This document shows positions 49,742-60,138 of a stretch of DNA of 64,000 nt, one piece after another. Each line of letters starts with the position of its first letter. The first letter of the stretch is position 1. Source of the stretch: an uncultured Muribaculaceae bacterium. GTDB lineage: Bacteria > Bacillota_I > Bacilli_A > RF39 > UBA660. Both the position numbers and the translations under genes were made by a program. The notes below the pieces were generated by a model that saw only the letters and a list, made by a program, of their open reading frames with translations, did not search any database and was not told the DNA's origin. The stretch covers positions 3,440 through 67,439 of the forward strand of contig CAZBGR010000002.1 in NCBI GenBank assembly GCA_964491535.1, written 5' to 3'.

Positions 49742-51493
49742 TTACATTCTAGATGGTACCTCAATCGCTAAAATATGAAGTAGTTTAAGATTAGTTTCTA
49801 AAATAATGGCTGATAAAGTTAACCAAGAACTTCTTTTTTGGTTATCACTTTCGGTTAAAATATGGTTACTAGCATAAAAATGATTATATAGACTATTTAA
49901 TTTATATAAATATTCTGTGATGTCATTTAACGATTTAGCTTCTAAAGCATTATTTAAAACAGTTCCTACTGATAATAAACTTAACACTAAAGCTAAATCA
50001 TCATCATTAGCAATTACCGTCATTGAGCCACTAGCAAAATCCTTCTCTTTAGCTTTCTTTAACAATGATTTAAGACGAACAGTTGAATACAATATATAAG
50101 GACCTGTTTTACCAGTCATATCACTAAATTTAGCAGGATCAAAAATATAATCAGTCTCACGACTAGGTAAAAGATCAGCATATTTTATAGCCGCCATAGT
50201 AATCATATCAATAATTTTTTCTCTTTCTTTACCTTTAATATTAGGATTTAAACGGGTTATAGTTTCCTCTTTTACTAATGTAATTAAATCCTCTAAAGGC
50301 ATAACATCCCCCGCCCTTGTTTTAAATGGCTTCCCATCTTTACCATTCATCGTTCCAAAACCCATAAAAGATAATTTTATATCCTTAGGAACAATTTTTG
50401 ATTTATAGGCTGCTCTAAAGGCTTGTTCAAAATGAAAGGCTTGCCTTTTATCAGTCAAATACCAAATTTCATCCAAATCAAATCTTTTGACTCTTGAATA
50501 AAGAGTCGCTAATTCTGTAGTCCCATAAAGAATGGCTTTATGACTAGTTTGAAAAATAAGAGGTGGCATAGGCTTTAAATCACTCTCTTTAGCTACATCC
50601 ATTACCAAAGCACCATCACTTTCATAAACTAAGCCTTTCTCTTTTAAATACATCATCATTTCTTCAATATAAGAATGGCTATCACTTTCTCCTTCCCATA
50701 ATTCAAAAGAAGTATTTAATTTGTCATAAATCTTTTTAATATCGGCTACTGAAACCTTAACAATATGTTGCCATAAAGCCCTATAACCAGGATGACCCTC
50801 TTGTAATTTAGTTGTTATTTCTTTAGCTTCATTTAAATAATGTTCATCATCTTTAGCTTTTTGACTAGCTAAAGGATAAATTTCATCCAAATCTTGATTA
50901 GTAACAGGACTAATAGCAGGATACTCTCCTTGATAAGAATCTTTAAAATAAACTAAATCAGGATAACGATTTTTAATTTCTAACATTACTAAGCCCATTG
51001 GCCTACCCCAATCACCCAAATGAACATCACCAATAGCATCATAATTTAAAGCAATAGCTAATCTTTTTAAAGCCTCTCCAATATTAGCACTACGTAGATG
51101 ACCTACATGAAGCCTTTTAGCAACATTAGCACCCCCATAATCAATTAAAATACGCTTTTTAGAACGACGATTAAAATTAATTTCTATGTTTTGATGAATT
51201 AAATTCATATAATTAATTAAAGCTTCTTTAGTAAAAGAAAAATTAATAAAAGCAGGACGAGCAACATTTAAATTAATAAAATCATTATCTAATGATAACC
51301 TTTCAACTACTTTAAGGGCTAAATCATAAGGATTTAGATTGTTTTTCTTAGCTATTCCCATAACCCCATTATATTGAAATTGTCCTAAATCAGGCCTTGA
51401 AGAAACATTTAAAATAACATTATCAACCTTATAACCCATACCCTCTATAACCTTTTTAATTTTTAATTGTTGACTAGAAATAAAATCTTTCAT
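49742..51493 (-). CDS. argS: Arginine--tRNA ligase
   Basis: Class I HIGH-like motif ANVAKRLHVGHLRS and typical ArgRS length and sequence. Confidence 0.9.
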   Translation of the reverse strand: MKDFISSQQLKIKKVIEGMGYKVDNVILNVSSRPDLGQFQYNGVMGIAKKNNLNPYDLALKVVERLSLDNDFINLNVARPAFINFSFTKEALINYMNLIHQNIEINFNRRSKKRILIDYGGANVAKRLHVGHLRSANIGEALKRLAIALNYDAIGDVHLGDWGRPMGLVMLEIKNRYPDLVYFKDSYQGEYPAISPVTNQDLDEIYPLASQKAKDDEHYLNEAKEITTKLQEGHPGYRALWQHIVKVSVADIKKIYDKLNTSFELWEGESDSHSYIEEMMMYLKEKGLVYESDGALVMDVAKESDLKPMPPLIFQTSHKAILYGTTELATLYSRVKRFDLDEIWYLTDKRQAFHFEQAFRAAYKSKIVPKDIKLSFMGFGTMNGKDGKPFKTRAGDVMPLEDLITLVKEETITRLNPNIKGKEREKIIDMITMAAIKYADLLPSRETDYIFDPAKFSDMTGKTGPYILYSTVRLKSLLKKAKEKDFASGSMTVIANDDDLALVLSLLSVGTVLNNALEAKSLNDITEYLYKLNSLYNHFYASNHILTESDNQKRSSWLTLSAIILETNLKLLHILAIEVPSRM

Positions 51494-52710
51494 TTAATCA
51501 CCTTTTCTAATTGGATATCTTTCTTTATTAATTCTATAACGCTATTATCATGAAGAAGAAACGTTTCTGGCTTACAAGTTTTTAAAAAACTATCCATTTT
51601 CACCGTTGCTTCACCTAAATCTTTTAAACGATAATTATTAAAGTCTTCCCTTTGCTCTTTTAGCAACCGCCAATAAGAAATTATCCCTTTGTTAGCCATT
51701 TCCTCCATTAAAGAAGTAGCAATATTAATTTGAAAACTATTCTTTTTTTGATTCATTATCAAATGTAAAGCTTGGTAACCATTTAAACAGCGATTATTAA
51801 TATAATCTTTTATTTGATAACATCGATATTTCGCTTGAATCAAACCTAAAACTTGATAGCAATTTCTAATATCAGTTACTATTATTTTTAATTTAAATAA
51901 ATCATCAATATTATTAATCTTTTGCTTAGGATTTAAGATTAAATCTTTAGCAATTTCATATTTATTTTTAATATCCCCCATTAATTGATGATTAATATCA
52001 TAATTATTTAATAACTCATTAATCTTATTAGCAAAAGAGGATATCCGTGCTTCATATAATTCTTGTAAAAGAGATAATTGATTATCAAGATAATTATAAA
52101 AAGAAGGATTTAAATAGGCTAAAGAAAGATCTTCTAATTCATTTTTAATTGGATATAAACTTAAATAATACGCTAAAGGAGCATATAAATATAAAGTCTC
52201 ATTAGCAATCTTCTTTCTTACCTCTTCATTTTCCTTACCAAACAAAGTACGCATATTATCAATCCGATCAGCTAATTTAATTAAAATAATTCTAAAATCA
52301 TCATTAATTGAATTAATAATCTTCTTAAGATAATTTAACCTTAATTCATTACTATTTTTAAATAAAGATTTTGGACTTTTAGTTACCGATGATACTATAT
52401 TAGCTACTGTTGGATTAAAGGTTTTAGTTATTTCTTCTTCCCTAAGATTACAGTCTTCTATCGTATCGTGTAATAAAGCAGAAACCAAACAATCAACATT
52501 AGTAAAACCATACTCTATTAAAATTAAAGCTACTCTTAAAGGATGTTGAATATAATCTTCTTTTGTTTCTCTTTTTTGTCCATTATGTTTTTCCTTAGCA
52601 AAATTGTAGGCTTTCTTAAGTAAAAATAAATCTTCATCATTAAAATAAGTTTTTGTTCTCTTTATGATATCTTCAATTAATACATTTTGATTAATATAAT
52701 TCATCATCAA
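51490..52710 (-). CDS. Short Rel/SpoT-homolog: HD hydrolase domain plus degenerate synthetase-like domain, with no TGS/ACT regulatory C-terminus
   Basis: HDTIEDC HD motif. Downstream region (DDLFKLKIIV, NGYQALHLIM, FQINIATSLMEEMANKGIISYW) resembles the RelA/SpoT synthetase fold, but GRxK and EVQIRT appear substituted. 406 aa. Confidence 0.6.
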   Translation of the reverse strand: MMMNYINQNVLIEDIIKRTKTYFNDEDLFLLKKAYNFAKEKHNGQKRETKEDYIQHPLRVALILIEYGFTNVDCLVSALLHDTIEDCNLREEEITKTFNPTVANIVSSVTKSPKSLFKNSNELRLNYLKKIINSINDDFRIILIKLADRIDNMRTLFGKENEEVRKKIANETLYLYAPLAYYLSLYPIKNELEDLSLAYLNPSFYNYLDNQLSLLQELYEARISSFANKINELLNNYDINHQLMGDIKNKYEIAKDLILNPKQKINNIDDLFKLKIIVTDIRNCYQVLGLIQAKYRCYQIKDYINNRCLNGYQALHLIMNQKKNSFQINIATSLMEEMANKGIISYWRLLKEQREDFNNYRLKDLGEATVKMDSFLKTCKPETFLLHDNSVIELIKKDIQLEKVIK

Positions 52711-52846
52711 TCATCCTCATTATTACATTAATTAATTAAATGTTATAATATCACAGTTTAAAACTTAAGGCAAATATTTTAATAGAGATTTATATACTAT
52801 AAATTGAAATATTAATTTTAGTTTAAACAAATCAAAGTATAATAAT

Positions 52847-53407
52847 TTAATTTAAAATCTCCGCTTTAGCTACTTCTCTTTTCCTTTTTTTAAGTAAACA
52901 TTCTCCACATAGAGGTATGTAACCCTCATTACCAACCAAAACATCCACCTCTTTTTCCCCATTATAATAAGTATAACTAGCCGGTTTATGACATAGATAA
53001 CAATTAGCTTTAAAAATTTTAATTTCATCTGCTATAGCAAGTATCTGTGGCATTATTCCAAAAGGAATTTGCTCTGAAGTCATATTTAAACCAGCTATAT
53101 AAAAATTAATACCTTTAGTTAACGATAAGTCTAATAATAGATTAACATCACCCTTTAAAAATTGAACTTCATCTATAAAAATGGTTTTTATTTTCTTAGT
53201 TAAATAAAGTTTTATTTCATCAAGATTATTAATAGCAATAGCCTTGATTACTTTTTCTATGTTTCTTGATTTAATTACTGATTGATCCCTATTATCAATT
53301 TCCGGTTTAAAACATAAAGTTTCTTCTTTATTCCAAATATTCATATAAGAATCAATAATTACCGTTGATTTGCCACTATACATTGGCCCTGTATATACCT
53401 TTATCAT
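52847..53407 (-). CDS. tdk: Thymidine kinase
   Basis: P-loop GPMYSGKST and C-terminal zinc ribbon CYLCHKPASYT...CGEC. Confidence 0.9.
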   Translation of the reverse strand: MIKVYTGPMYSGKSTVIIDSYMNIWNKEETLCFKPEIDNRDQSVIKSRNIEKVIKAIAINNLDEIKLYLTKKIKTIFIDEVQFLKGDVNLLLDLSLTKGINFYIAGLNMTSEQIPFGIMPQILAIADEIKIFKANCYLCHKPASYTYYNGEKEVDVLVGNEGYIPLCGECLLKKRKREVAKAEILN

Positions 53408-53466
53408 TTGAACCTCCTAAAATTAAAAATATAAATTTATCATGTTTTTACTCTCTTATCTTGACC

Positions 53467-53781
53467 TTAAAAATTACTCATTAATTCAATTATTAAATTC
53501 AGATTATCATCTTTAGCGGCAACATTTCTTTTTATCATATTACATTTTTGACAAAGATAAACAATCTTATAGTTATCCTTTTTACCCTTTTCAATGGCAA
53601 TTGGTTTTAAAAAACCATTGCAACTACATTCTCTATCACCAGGATTTAAATCAACATGTTTGGAATATAAACAATAAGGACAATGATCCCTTGAAGTATA
53701 ACCTAAAGGAATTACTAATTTCCCACAAACATCACACTTAAAACCTTCATCTACTTTTTTAAACTTAGCTTTCTCCATCAT
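53467..53781 (-). CDS. RNHCP-domain zinc-ribbon protein
   Basis: Four CxxC-like pairs with SRDHCPYCL, matching the RNHCP signature. Confidence 0.5.
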   Translation of the reverse strand: MMEKAKFKKVDEGFKCDVCGKLVIPLGYTSRDHCPYCLYSKHVDLNPGDRECSCNGFLKPIAIEKGKKDNYKIVYLCQKCNMIKRNVAAKDDNLNLIIELMSNF

Positions 53782-53792
53782 AATATTCTCTT

Positions 53793-55865
53793 TTAATCAT
53801 CATCACTAAAAAAGTCGTCAAAGAAAGCATCATCTGAAATACCTTTATCTACCTTATCATTAATAATTTTATCAAGATCAGCATTTATTTTAATTACTTC
53901 TTCTTTTGGTTTCTGATCAACTTTATTCACTGGAGGTTTCTCTTCTTTCTTTTCAACCACTGGTTTTTTAGGCTTTTCTACTATCCCTTTTTCTTCAGCT
54001 TCTAATTCAGCTATTTTAGTATCTATTTTTTTAATTAATTCATCAACGTTAAAAGATGAAGGAACATCTTTCTTTCCAAATAAAGAATTAGAAGATGGTA
54101 AAGGTGGGGTTGGTACAAAAGGTCTATCTTCACCTAACATATTAAACAAACTATTTTTTTTCTTTTCTTTAACGAAAGCTCTAATATCAAAAAGAGCGAT
54201 TGGTTTAGTAATTCGTTCTGGATAGTTAGGTTTAGCGCCCTTTTTATCACCATAACTATATTCAAACATTGGTAATAATTTAACTTTAAAAGGCCAACAA
54301 CGATCCTTTAATATAATAGCATCTTTAAATTTCAATCGTTGTAAATCACTAACCGTAATTAAAGGCCTAATTTGTTCTTTACCATCTTTACTCTTATCTT
54401 TTTCTTTAACTTCACCAGCTAGTTTACTTAACTCTTCTAAGGCTGATAATTCCTTAGTAATTAAATAAATAACATTCGCACAATTACCTTTTATTGTTTC
54501 TGCATTTTCCTTGCCATAAACTTGAGTTAATTGAGCATAATTTTGAATAATTAAATTAAAACGAATTAAACGAGATCGAGCAGCCGTAATCATTGTTGTT
54601 ACATCCCTTAAGGGTGGCATATTAGCAAATTCATCTAAAATAAAATTAGTTCTAATTGGTAATTTACCCCCATGAGCATGAGCAACATCAATTAAAATTT
54701 CATAACATTGTTTAACAAAAACAGTCGCTAAAGCATGATAAGTTTTCTTTTCATCTTGAATAATAATAAAAACAGCTGTCTTTTGCTTCCCAATATCACT
54801 CACTTCAAAATCACTATAAGATAACATTTCTGATAAGTGTTCTGTTAAAGCAAAAATCTTAATTTTTTGCCTAAACACTGATAAAATACTATCCCTTGTT
54901 TGATCAGGAGCATTAATCGCACTAGCAGCATTAATATAAACTGGTTTAGATGGATCTTTGTCCATAAAGTATTGCTTAATATAAGAAGCACTACCATACC
55001 TTTCTTCCCCAACAGATGTCATATAACTAATTGAATTTAAATTGATTTCATCTTCTTTAGCATCAGCAAATAACCCTAAAGCACAGGCCACAAAATAATC
55101 AGCTGAGGTGCTTTCCCAAAAGGGATCATCTTTACTTTTTTCATCATGGATTAAATTAAAGGCTAAATCATTTAACAATTCATTAGCTTTATCTGAACCT
55201 TGTTTATATAATTTATAAGGTAATATTAACGGATTCCATGCATTACCTTTTTCAGGATTACGAAGATTAATCAACACAATATTATAACCCTTTTCTAATA
55301 GCATACTCGCTGTTTCTTCGTATAACTCACCTTTAGGATCAGTTAAAATCATCGATTCACCTTTTTTAGCTAAAATCTTAATCAATGGTTTAACAACTAT
55401 TTCGGTTTTACCACTACCGGTAGACCCAATAATTAAGGAATGTGACTCGCCGTCATCTACCCATACTTCATTAGGTTCAGTAATTAAAGGTACCCCTGCA
55501 TATTCAAAAACGGGATCTAAAGGTCTTACTTTTTTCAAAACCTTTTTCATCTCTTCCTTTTTAGCCCATCTTGAATACCCACCCTTTTCTTTCTTACCTC
55601 TACTAATACCAATACCTTCTTCACGATCAAAAAAATATGAAGAAACAGCAGTTAAAATAGCTATAAAAGCAAAAAGATAAAAAACAATAGTAGCTGATAA
55701 AAACTCAGGAGTAAAAGCAGGTAATGGATTAAAACCATGGAATTCTTGAACCCGAGTTAAAGAAGCAGCATTTAAAACGCCTATTGATACTAAATAAAGT
55801 AAAAAAAAGGCAAAGACAAAAAAATACATGATATCTTTAGCTTCAGCTTTAAATTTAAGCTTCAT
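53793..55865 (-). CDS. Type IV secretion coupling protein (VirD4/TraG/TcpA family)
   Basis: Two N-terminal TM helices, Walker A GSTGSGKTE, TraG/TraD family core, and an acidic C-terminal tail DDAFFDDFFSDDD. GAGGTGA RBS. Confidence 0.85.
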   Translation of the reverse strand: MKLKFKAEAKDIMYFFVFAFFLLYLVSIGVLNAASLTRVQEFHGFNPLPAFTPEFLSATIVFYLFAFIAILTAVSSYFFDREEGIGISRGKKEKGGYSRWAKKEEMKKVLKKVRPLDPVFEYAGVPLITEPNEVWVDDGESHSLIIGSTGSGKTEIVVKPLIKILAKKGESMILTDPKGELYEETASMLLEKGYNIVLINLRNPEKGNAWNPLILPYKLYKQGSDKANELLNDLAFNLIHDEKSKDDPFWESTSADYFVACALGLFADAKEDEINLNSISYMTSVGEERYGSASYIKQYFMDKDPSKPVYINAASAINAPDQTRDSILSVFRQKIKIFALTEHLSEMLSYSDFEVSDIGKQKTAVFIIIQDEKKTYHALATVFVKQCYEILIDVAHAHGGKLPIRTNFILDEFANMPPLRDVTTMITAARSRLIRFNLIIQNYAQLTQVYGKENAETIKGNCANVIYLITKELSALEELSKLAGEVKEKDKSKDGKEQIRPLITVSDLQRLKFKDAIILKDRCWPFKVKLLPMFEYSYGDKKGAKPNYPERITKPIALFDIRAFVKEKKKNSLFNMLGEDRPFVPTPPLPSSNSLFGKKDVPSSFNVDELIKKIDTKIAELEAEEKGIVEKPKKPVVEKKEEKPPVNKVDQKPKEEVIKINADLDKIINDKVDKGISDDAFFDDFFSDDD

Positions 55866-55968
55866 TAATAATCACCTCAATATAAATAACATCTAATTAA
55901 ATTATAGCATAAAAAAGCATGATTTAGTAAAAAGCCACTTTAATAATCAGTTCAATCCATTCAATATT

Positions 55969-56661
55969 TTATATTTGATTATTTTGCTGCTCTTTATTTT
56001 TAATAAATATTACAAATATTACTATACCTATCCCAAGTATAATAATTAAAATAACTGAATAACTAATTTTGATTTCTTCATTAATGTTTATAAAATTGTT
56101 TTGCTTTGTTTTATCAAATGATATTATAATTTCCTTTTCTTCTGTATTTTTATTAGTGTTCCATATATAATCATTATTCTTTACTTCATCAGCATTATGT
56201 TCAACCACTTTGAAAATAGAATTAATTGTAATTTTAGCATTATTTATGGCTGGACGCTCTGGATCATCTTCATTGTATAAATAAAAATTTGAAGCTTTCA
56301 AAGTTATTATCTTACCATGTTCATCATAATTAATTTTTTCAAATAAATACTTTGCAGCATCCGTATTATCTTTATAATCTTGAATTGATAAAAACGTTCT
56401 TGATATTAATACTCCCCCCATTTCATTGTTATCTATCATTTCATATACATATAAACTTTTATCCGTTTCTTCAAAATAAGGTTCAAAAATAAAACCTATT
56501 ACCTCACTTTTATCGCTAAATTTATACATATTAAAGAAAGCATTTGTTTCCGTAGCTTTAATTTGTTCTTCAACCACTAAATCCTTGTTAATAATCAAAT
56601 TATATTCCACTGAACAGCCAGTAAAAATAATCAAAACTAAAAATAAAATAATTTTCCGCAT
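55969..56661 (-). CDS. Lipoprotein with C-terminal TM anchor (T4SS-associated, possibly VirB8/TcpC-like)
   Basis: Start re-set to the internal ATG (AAGGAGGT RBS) giving MRKIILFLVLIIFTGC lipobox; the upstream ORF-track extension overlaps the preceding gene. Coordinate accuracy is within a few nt. Confidence 0.55.
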   Translation of the reverse strand: MRKIILFLVLIIFTGCSVEYNLIINKDLVVEEQIKATETNAFFNMYKFSDKSEVIGFIFEPYFEETDKSLYVYEMIDNNEMGGVLISRTFLSIQDYKDNTDAAKYLFEKINYDEHGKIITLKASNFYLYNEDDPERPAINNAKITINSIFKVVEHNADEVKNNDYIWNTNKNTEEKEIIISFDKTKQNNFININEEIKISYSVILIIILGIGIVIFVIFIKNKEQQNNQI

Positions 56662-56692
56662 AAAAACCTCCTTATTTTTATTTTTTTGAAAA

Positions 56693-58330
56693 TTATTTAG
56701 AAATAATCCAAAAAGGTGTATTGTTAGTAGCTTTAGTCTGTCTAACAATAAGTTCAAAATCCCACTCCTTACATCTCTTTTCCACTTTAGGATCGGCAAC
56801 TAAAACTTGGCCTGAAGATGTTACCCCTCTTAATACAATATAATGCCCACCCTTAGTAAAATCTCCCGGCCCCATATGGGCAACAACTAAACTACCTTGA
56901 GATAATGCATTAATAATTCTCTGCAAATCTGAATTAGTTCTACTTACAGCTATTGATTTTAATCCATAATATTCAGGAGCAGCTATCATCATACTTCCAT
57001 AAGAGCCATTAGAAGTACAATAAGCAGGGCAAAATTTATCTACTATATTTATAGGTGTAACTTCCTTTCCAAGTAATGATGATATTACTATCGCTAATGA
57101 AGTTGGCCCACACCCCCATCTACTAATATTTCCTCTTCCAGAAGGATAAATATAAGGATAATTTGCCCATCTTGGATCATCTTGATTAAAATACATTACA
57201 TCTATAACTCCATCTGTAAAAATTACATTTATATAATATTGGCCACCACTATAACCATCACTTTTATTCATTAAATAAGCAAAAGCATCTCTTTGATCAA
57301 ATATTTCATCAATTTGGCGATTAAAAACAATCTCTTGTTCTTCTTTGCTTTTAGTAATTATATGTTCATTATAAGATTGGCGTGGTAAATAATTATCCCT
57401 TAAATAGTCTTTATAACGATTATAATTCATAAACTTAACCATTACAGGAAAAGCTATTTCTCCTTCTGAACAATTACTAACAAGGTATGATTGGGTCATT
57501 ATTCTGTAAATGTTTTCTAACAAATCTTCATCATATATTGTAGATAACTGTTTTGTAAAATAACTTTGACCTTCTTGGTTATATGCATATATTAATCTAA
57601 TTAAGTGTAATACATTGTTATATTTTATAACATCTTTAATGGTATCTTCAACTGTATAACCTAAATGGAGGGCAAAATCATTAAACAAATCCTTAGCCGC
57701 TTTACTTAATTCACTATATTCACCAGGTTGATCTGAAAAGAAACCAAAAAAGTCTTTAAATTTACCAAACGCTCCCTGCGAAAAACCTACGCACCTAGAT
57801 TCAAACCTAGTATCAACAAGATGACCTAATAATCCTTGCTGAGAACGTATTAAAGTATAGGCACTACCCAGTTCATCTACAGCTACTACATAAAAGTTTC
57901 TAATTTGCGATGTTTCTACAACATAATCATTATCATCAAATGTATATTCTTCTTCACTAACATTTTCATCATCATATCCCTCAGGATTAATATAATTAAA
58001 ATAATGAACCGTAGCAGATAATAGGGGGATATCCAATTCCCCCATGTCATGAGAAAAATCCCTATATCTTACATATTCTTCATCTAATTTTAGAAAGAAA
58101 ACCTCTTCTGATTTCTTAAAACCTTCACCTATAGTAAAATTAATAAATTTATCTAAACCCGTTCCTACCGCCTCAATTATATCTGATAAATACATAAACG
58201 GTACCATTATTAAAATTATAATTAATATCACTAAGGCAACTTTAGCAGCAATTACCGCTATAGCTGAAATGATAGGCCATGATTTAACTATTGTATGTAT
58301 CATCTTAGCTTTTTCAATAATTTTATTCAC
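56693..58330 (-). CDS. Membrane-anchored cell-wall hydrolase with C-terminal peptidase_C39-like (papain-fold) domain, analogue of TraG/CwlT/TcpG
   Basis: N-terminal TM; C-terminal WGCGPTSLAIVISSL...GGHYIVLRG Cys/His pattern. GTG start with AAAGGAGTGA RBS. Confidence 0.6.
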   Translation of the reverse strand: MNKIIEKAKMIHTIVKSWPIISAIAVIAAKVALVILIIILIMVPFMYLSDIIEAVGTGLDKFINFTIGEGFKKSEEVFFLKLDEEYVRYRDFSHDMGELDIPLLSATVHYFNYINPEGYDDENVSEEEYTFDDNDYVVETSQIRNFYVVAVDELGSAYTLIRSQQGLLGHLVDTRFESRCVGFSQGAFGKFKDFFGFFSDQPGEYSELSKAAKDLFNDFALHLGYTVEDTIKDVIKYNNVLHLIRLIYAYNQEGQSYFTKQLSTIYDEDLLENIYRIMTQSYLVSNCSEGEIAFPVMVKFMNYNRYKDYLRDNYLPRQSYNEHIITKSKEEQEIVFNRQIDEIFDQRDAFAYLMNKSDGYSGGQYYINVIFTDGVIDVMYFNQDDPRWANYPYIYPSGRGNISRWGCGPTSLAIVISSLLGKEVTPINIVDKFCPAYCTSNGSYGSMMIAAPEYYGLKSIAVSRTNSDLQRIINALSQGSLVVAHMGPGDFTKGGHYIVLRGVTSSGQVLVADPKVEKRCKEWDFELIVRQTKATNNTPFWIISK

Positions 58331-58353
58331 GGTATCACTCCTTTACATAGATG

Positions 58354-60138
58354 TTATAAGCCGCCACCACTACCAAATGATTCTAATTCTTCTTCTGTTA
58401 CCACTACATTTATTCTCATTCGCCTACTACCGCAAACAAACAAAGCCTCCCCTTGTCCATAACGCTTAATACTTTCCTTTTCATTATCATTTAAATCAAT
58501 TAACATCGACAAATCTTCAACTGCTTGTTTTTTTAAACCCATTACCATATAATAAGAAGCATTATCAAAGATAGCTTTACCTTGAGTAATAACATGCGGA
58601 TCAATAAAGTCACTAGGTTGTTGAGTAATAATAATTGTCCCCGTGTTATATTTCCTTGCCCTTCTTTGAACTTGAGCTAAAAATTCAGCCCCTAAAGTAT
58701 TATTGCTACCTAATAATACGTGAGCCTCATCAACTGATAAAACAGTATTAACTGATTTATCTAAACATAAACCCCAGGCATATTTTAAAATATTAAAAAA
58801 TAAAGCATTTCTAATATTAGTATCAGCATTCATTATTTCCCTTATATTAAAAACAATAAATTCTTTGTTCCCACTAATTGTCGTATGACCATCAAAATAA
58901 TACTTAAGTTCCTTAGTTAGAGGCCTTATTTTTAATTCTAAACGTTCCATAATATCTCGTTCATGTGTTTTTTCTTGATACTGCGCTAAACGACCTCTAA
59001 TGGTAGCATAAACATCTTTAAAAGTAGGGTAATCGGTTGTTTTAAAATTACTAAAATCAGTGTTAAAATCAATCCCAAAACGTTTATATGTATCTTGCAC
59101 TACTTCACTAAACAATGTTAAAACATCTTCTTCAATACCAGGATCGTAATACTTCATAAAAGCTTTTAAAAATTGAAGTGTTTTAGTTAAAATAGTATAA
59201 CCTAAACCTTGTTCTAATTCATCTTCATCAGCATCAATAATTATTTCTAAGGGATTAATCATTCCAAATTCGCCACCCTTACCTAAATCAATAAAATTAC
59301 CTCCATACATCCTAGTCATTTCATCAATTTCACCCTCGGGATCAATAACTACTATTTGATACCCATTACGAATATGACTTCTTAACATTAATTTAGCTAC
59401 TGTTGATTTTCCACTACCAGAAGCCCCTAAAATAACTAAATTAGCATTATGACGATTGTGTTCCTTTTTTATTTGAAATAAAAATTGATTAAAAAGAATA
59501 ACACCACCAGAAAAGTCAACCCCTAATAAAGTTGCTAAACCAGCATCCTTAATGCTATCAAAAATAAAAGGATACATAGCAGCCATTGAAATAGAAGGAA
59601 TCGCTGTTCCAATTCTATTTTCAACATCTTGTTTTGGAAAAATAGGTAACATTGATTTTAAAACCTTTTCTTGTTCAAAACGCAAAGGTATTGCCCTTAA
59701 ATCCATAGCAATTAAATAATTTTTGACATTTACTTTTTTTAATTCTAATTCTTCTCTAGTATCAGCTGTAATCATAATATGCATTTGAAAATCAAAAATC
59801 CTGGCTTGAGAAGAAGCTAACATTGAAATAAAATATTCTAATGATTCAACATCTAATCTAATTCGTTCTTGCATTGTTTTATCACGTTCTTCTTGATATT
59901 TAGCTTTTAAATCTACTATTTGCTTATTTATCATTTTTGATAAGTTACCAAAAGGAATAGGAATATGTTTAATAACAACCTTTATTCCCGACATAGTTGT
60001 TAAATTAGATAAAAAACCAACCGATACTGTTTTCGGATAAGAAATAACTGTTAATAAGGTCGAATACTTATCACTAATAACAAAATCATTGGCAAAAAAC
60101 TGCATTCCCTTAGGAGCAATTTGTGTTTTTATATTCAT
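58354..60138 (-). CDS. Type IV secretion ATPase VirB4 (TraE/TcpF/PrgJ-like)
   Basis: Walker A LGASGSGKST, Walker B LSVDEAHVLL, AAA_10/DUF87-like architecture; overlaps the upstream gene by 4 nt. Confidence 0.85.
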   Translation of the reverse strand: MNIKTQIAPKGMQFFANDFVISDKYSTLLTVISYPKTVSVGFLSNLTTMSGIKVVIKHIPIPFGNLSKMINKQIVDLKAKYQEERDKTMQERIRLDVESLEYFISMLASSQARIFDFQMHIMITADTREELELKKVNVKNYLIAMDLRAIPLRFEQEKVLKSMLPIFPKQDVENRIGTAIPSISMAAMYPFIFDSIKDAGLATLLGVDFSGGVILFNQFLFQIKKEHNRHNANLVILGASGSGKSTVAKLMLRSHIRNGYQIVVIDPEGEIDEMTRMYGGNFIDLGKGGEFGMINPLEIIIDADEDELEQGLGYTILTKTLQFLKAFMKYYDPGIEEDVLTLFSEVVQDTYKRFGIDFNTDFSNFKTTDYPTFKDVYATIRGRLAQYQEKTHERDIMERLELKIRPLTKELKYYFDGHTTISGNKEFIVFNIREIMNADTNIRNALFFNILKYAWGLCLDKSVNTVLSVDEAHVLLGSNNTLGAEFLAQVQRRARKYNTGTIIITQQPSDFIDPHVITQGKAIFDNASYYMVMGLKKQAVEDLSMLIDLNDNEKESIKRYGQGEALFVCGSRRMRINVVVTEEELESFGSGGGL

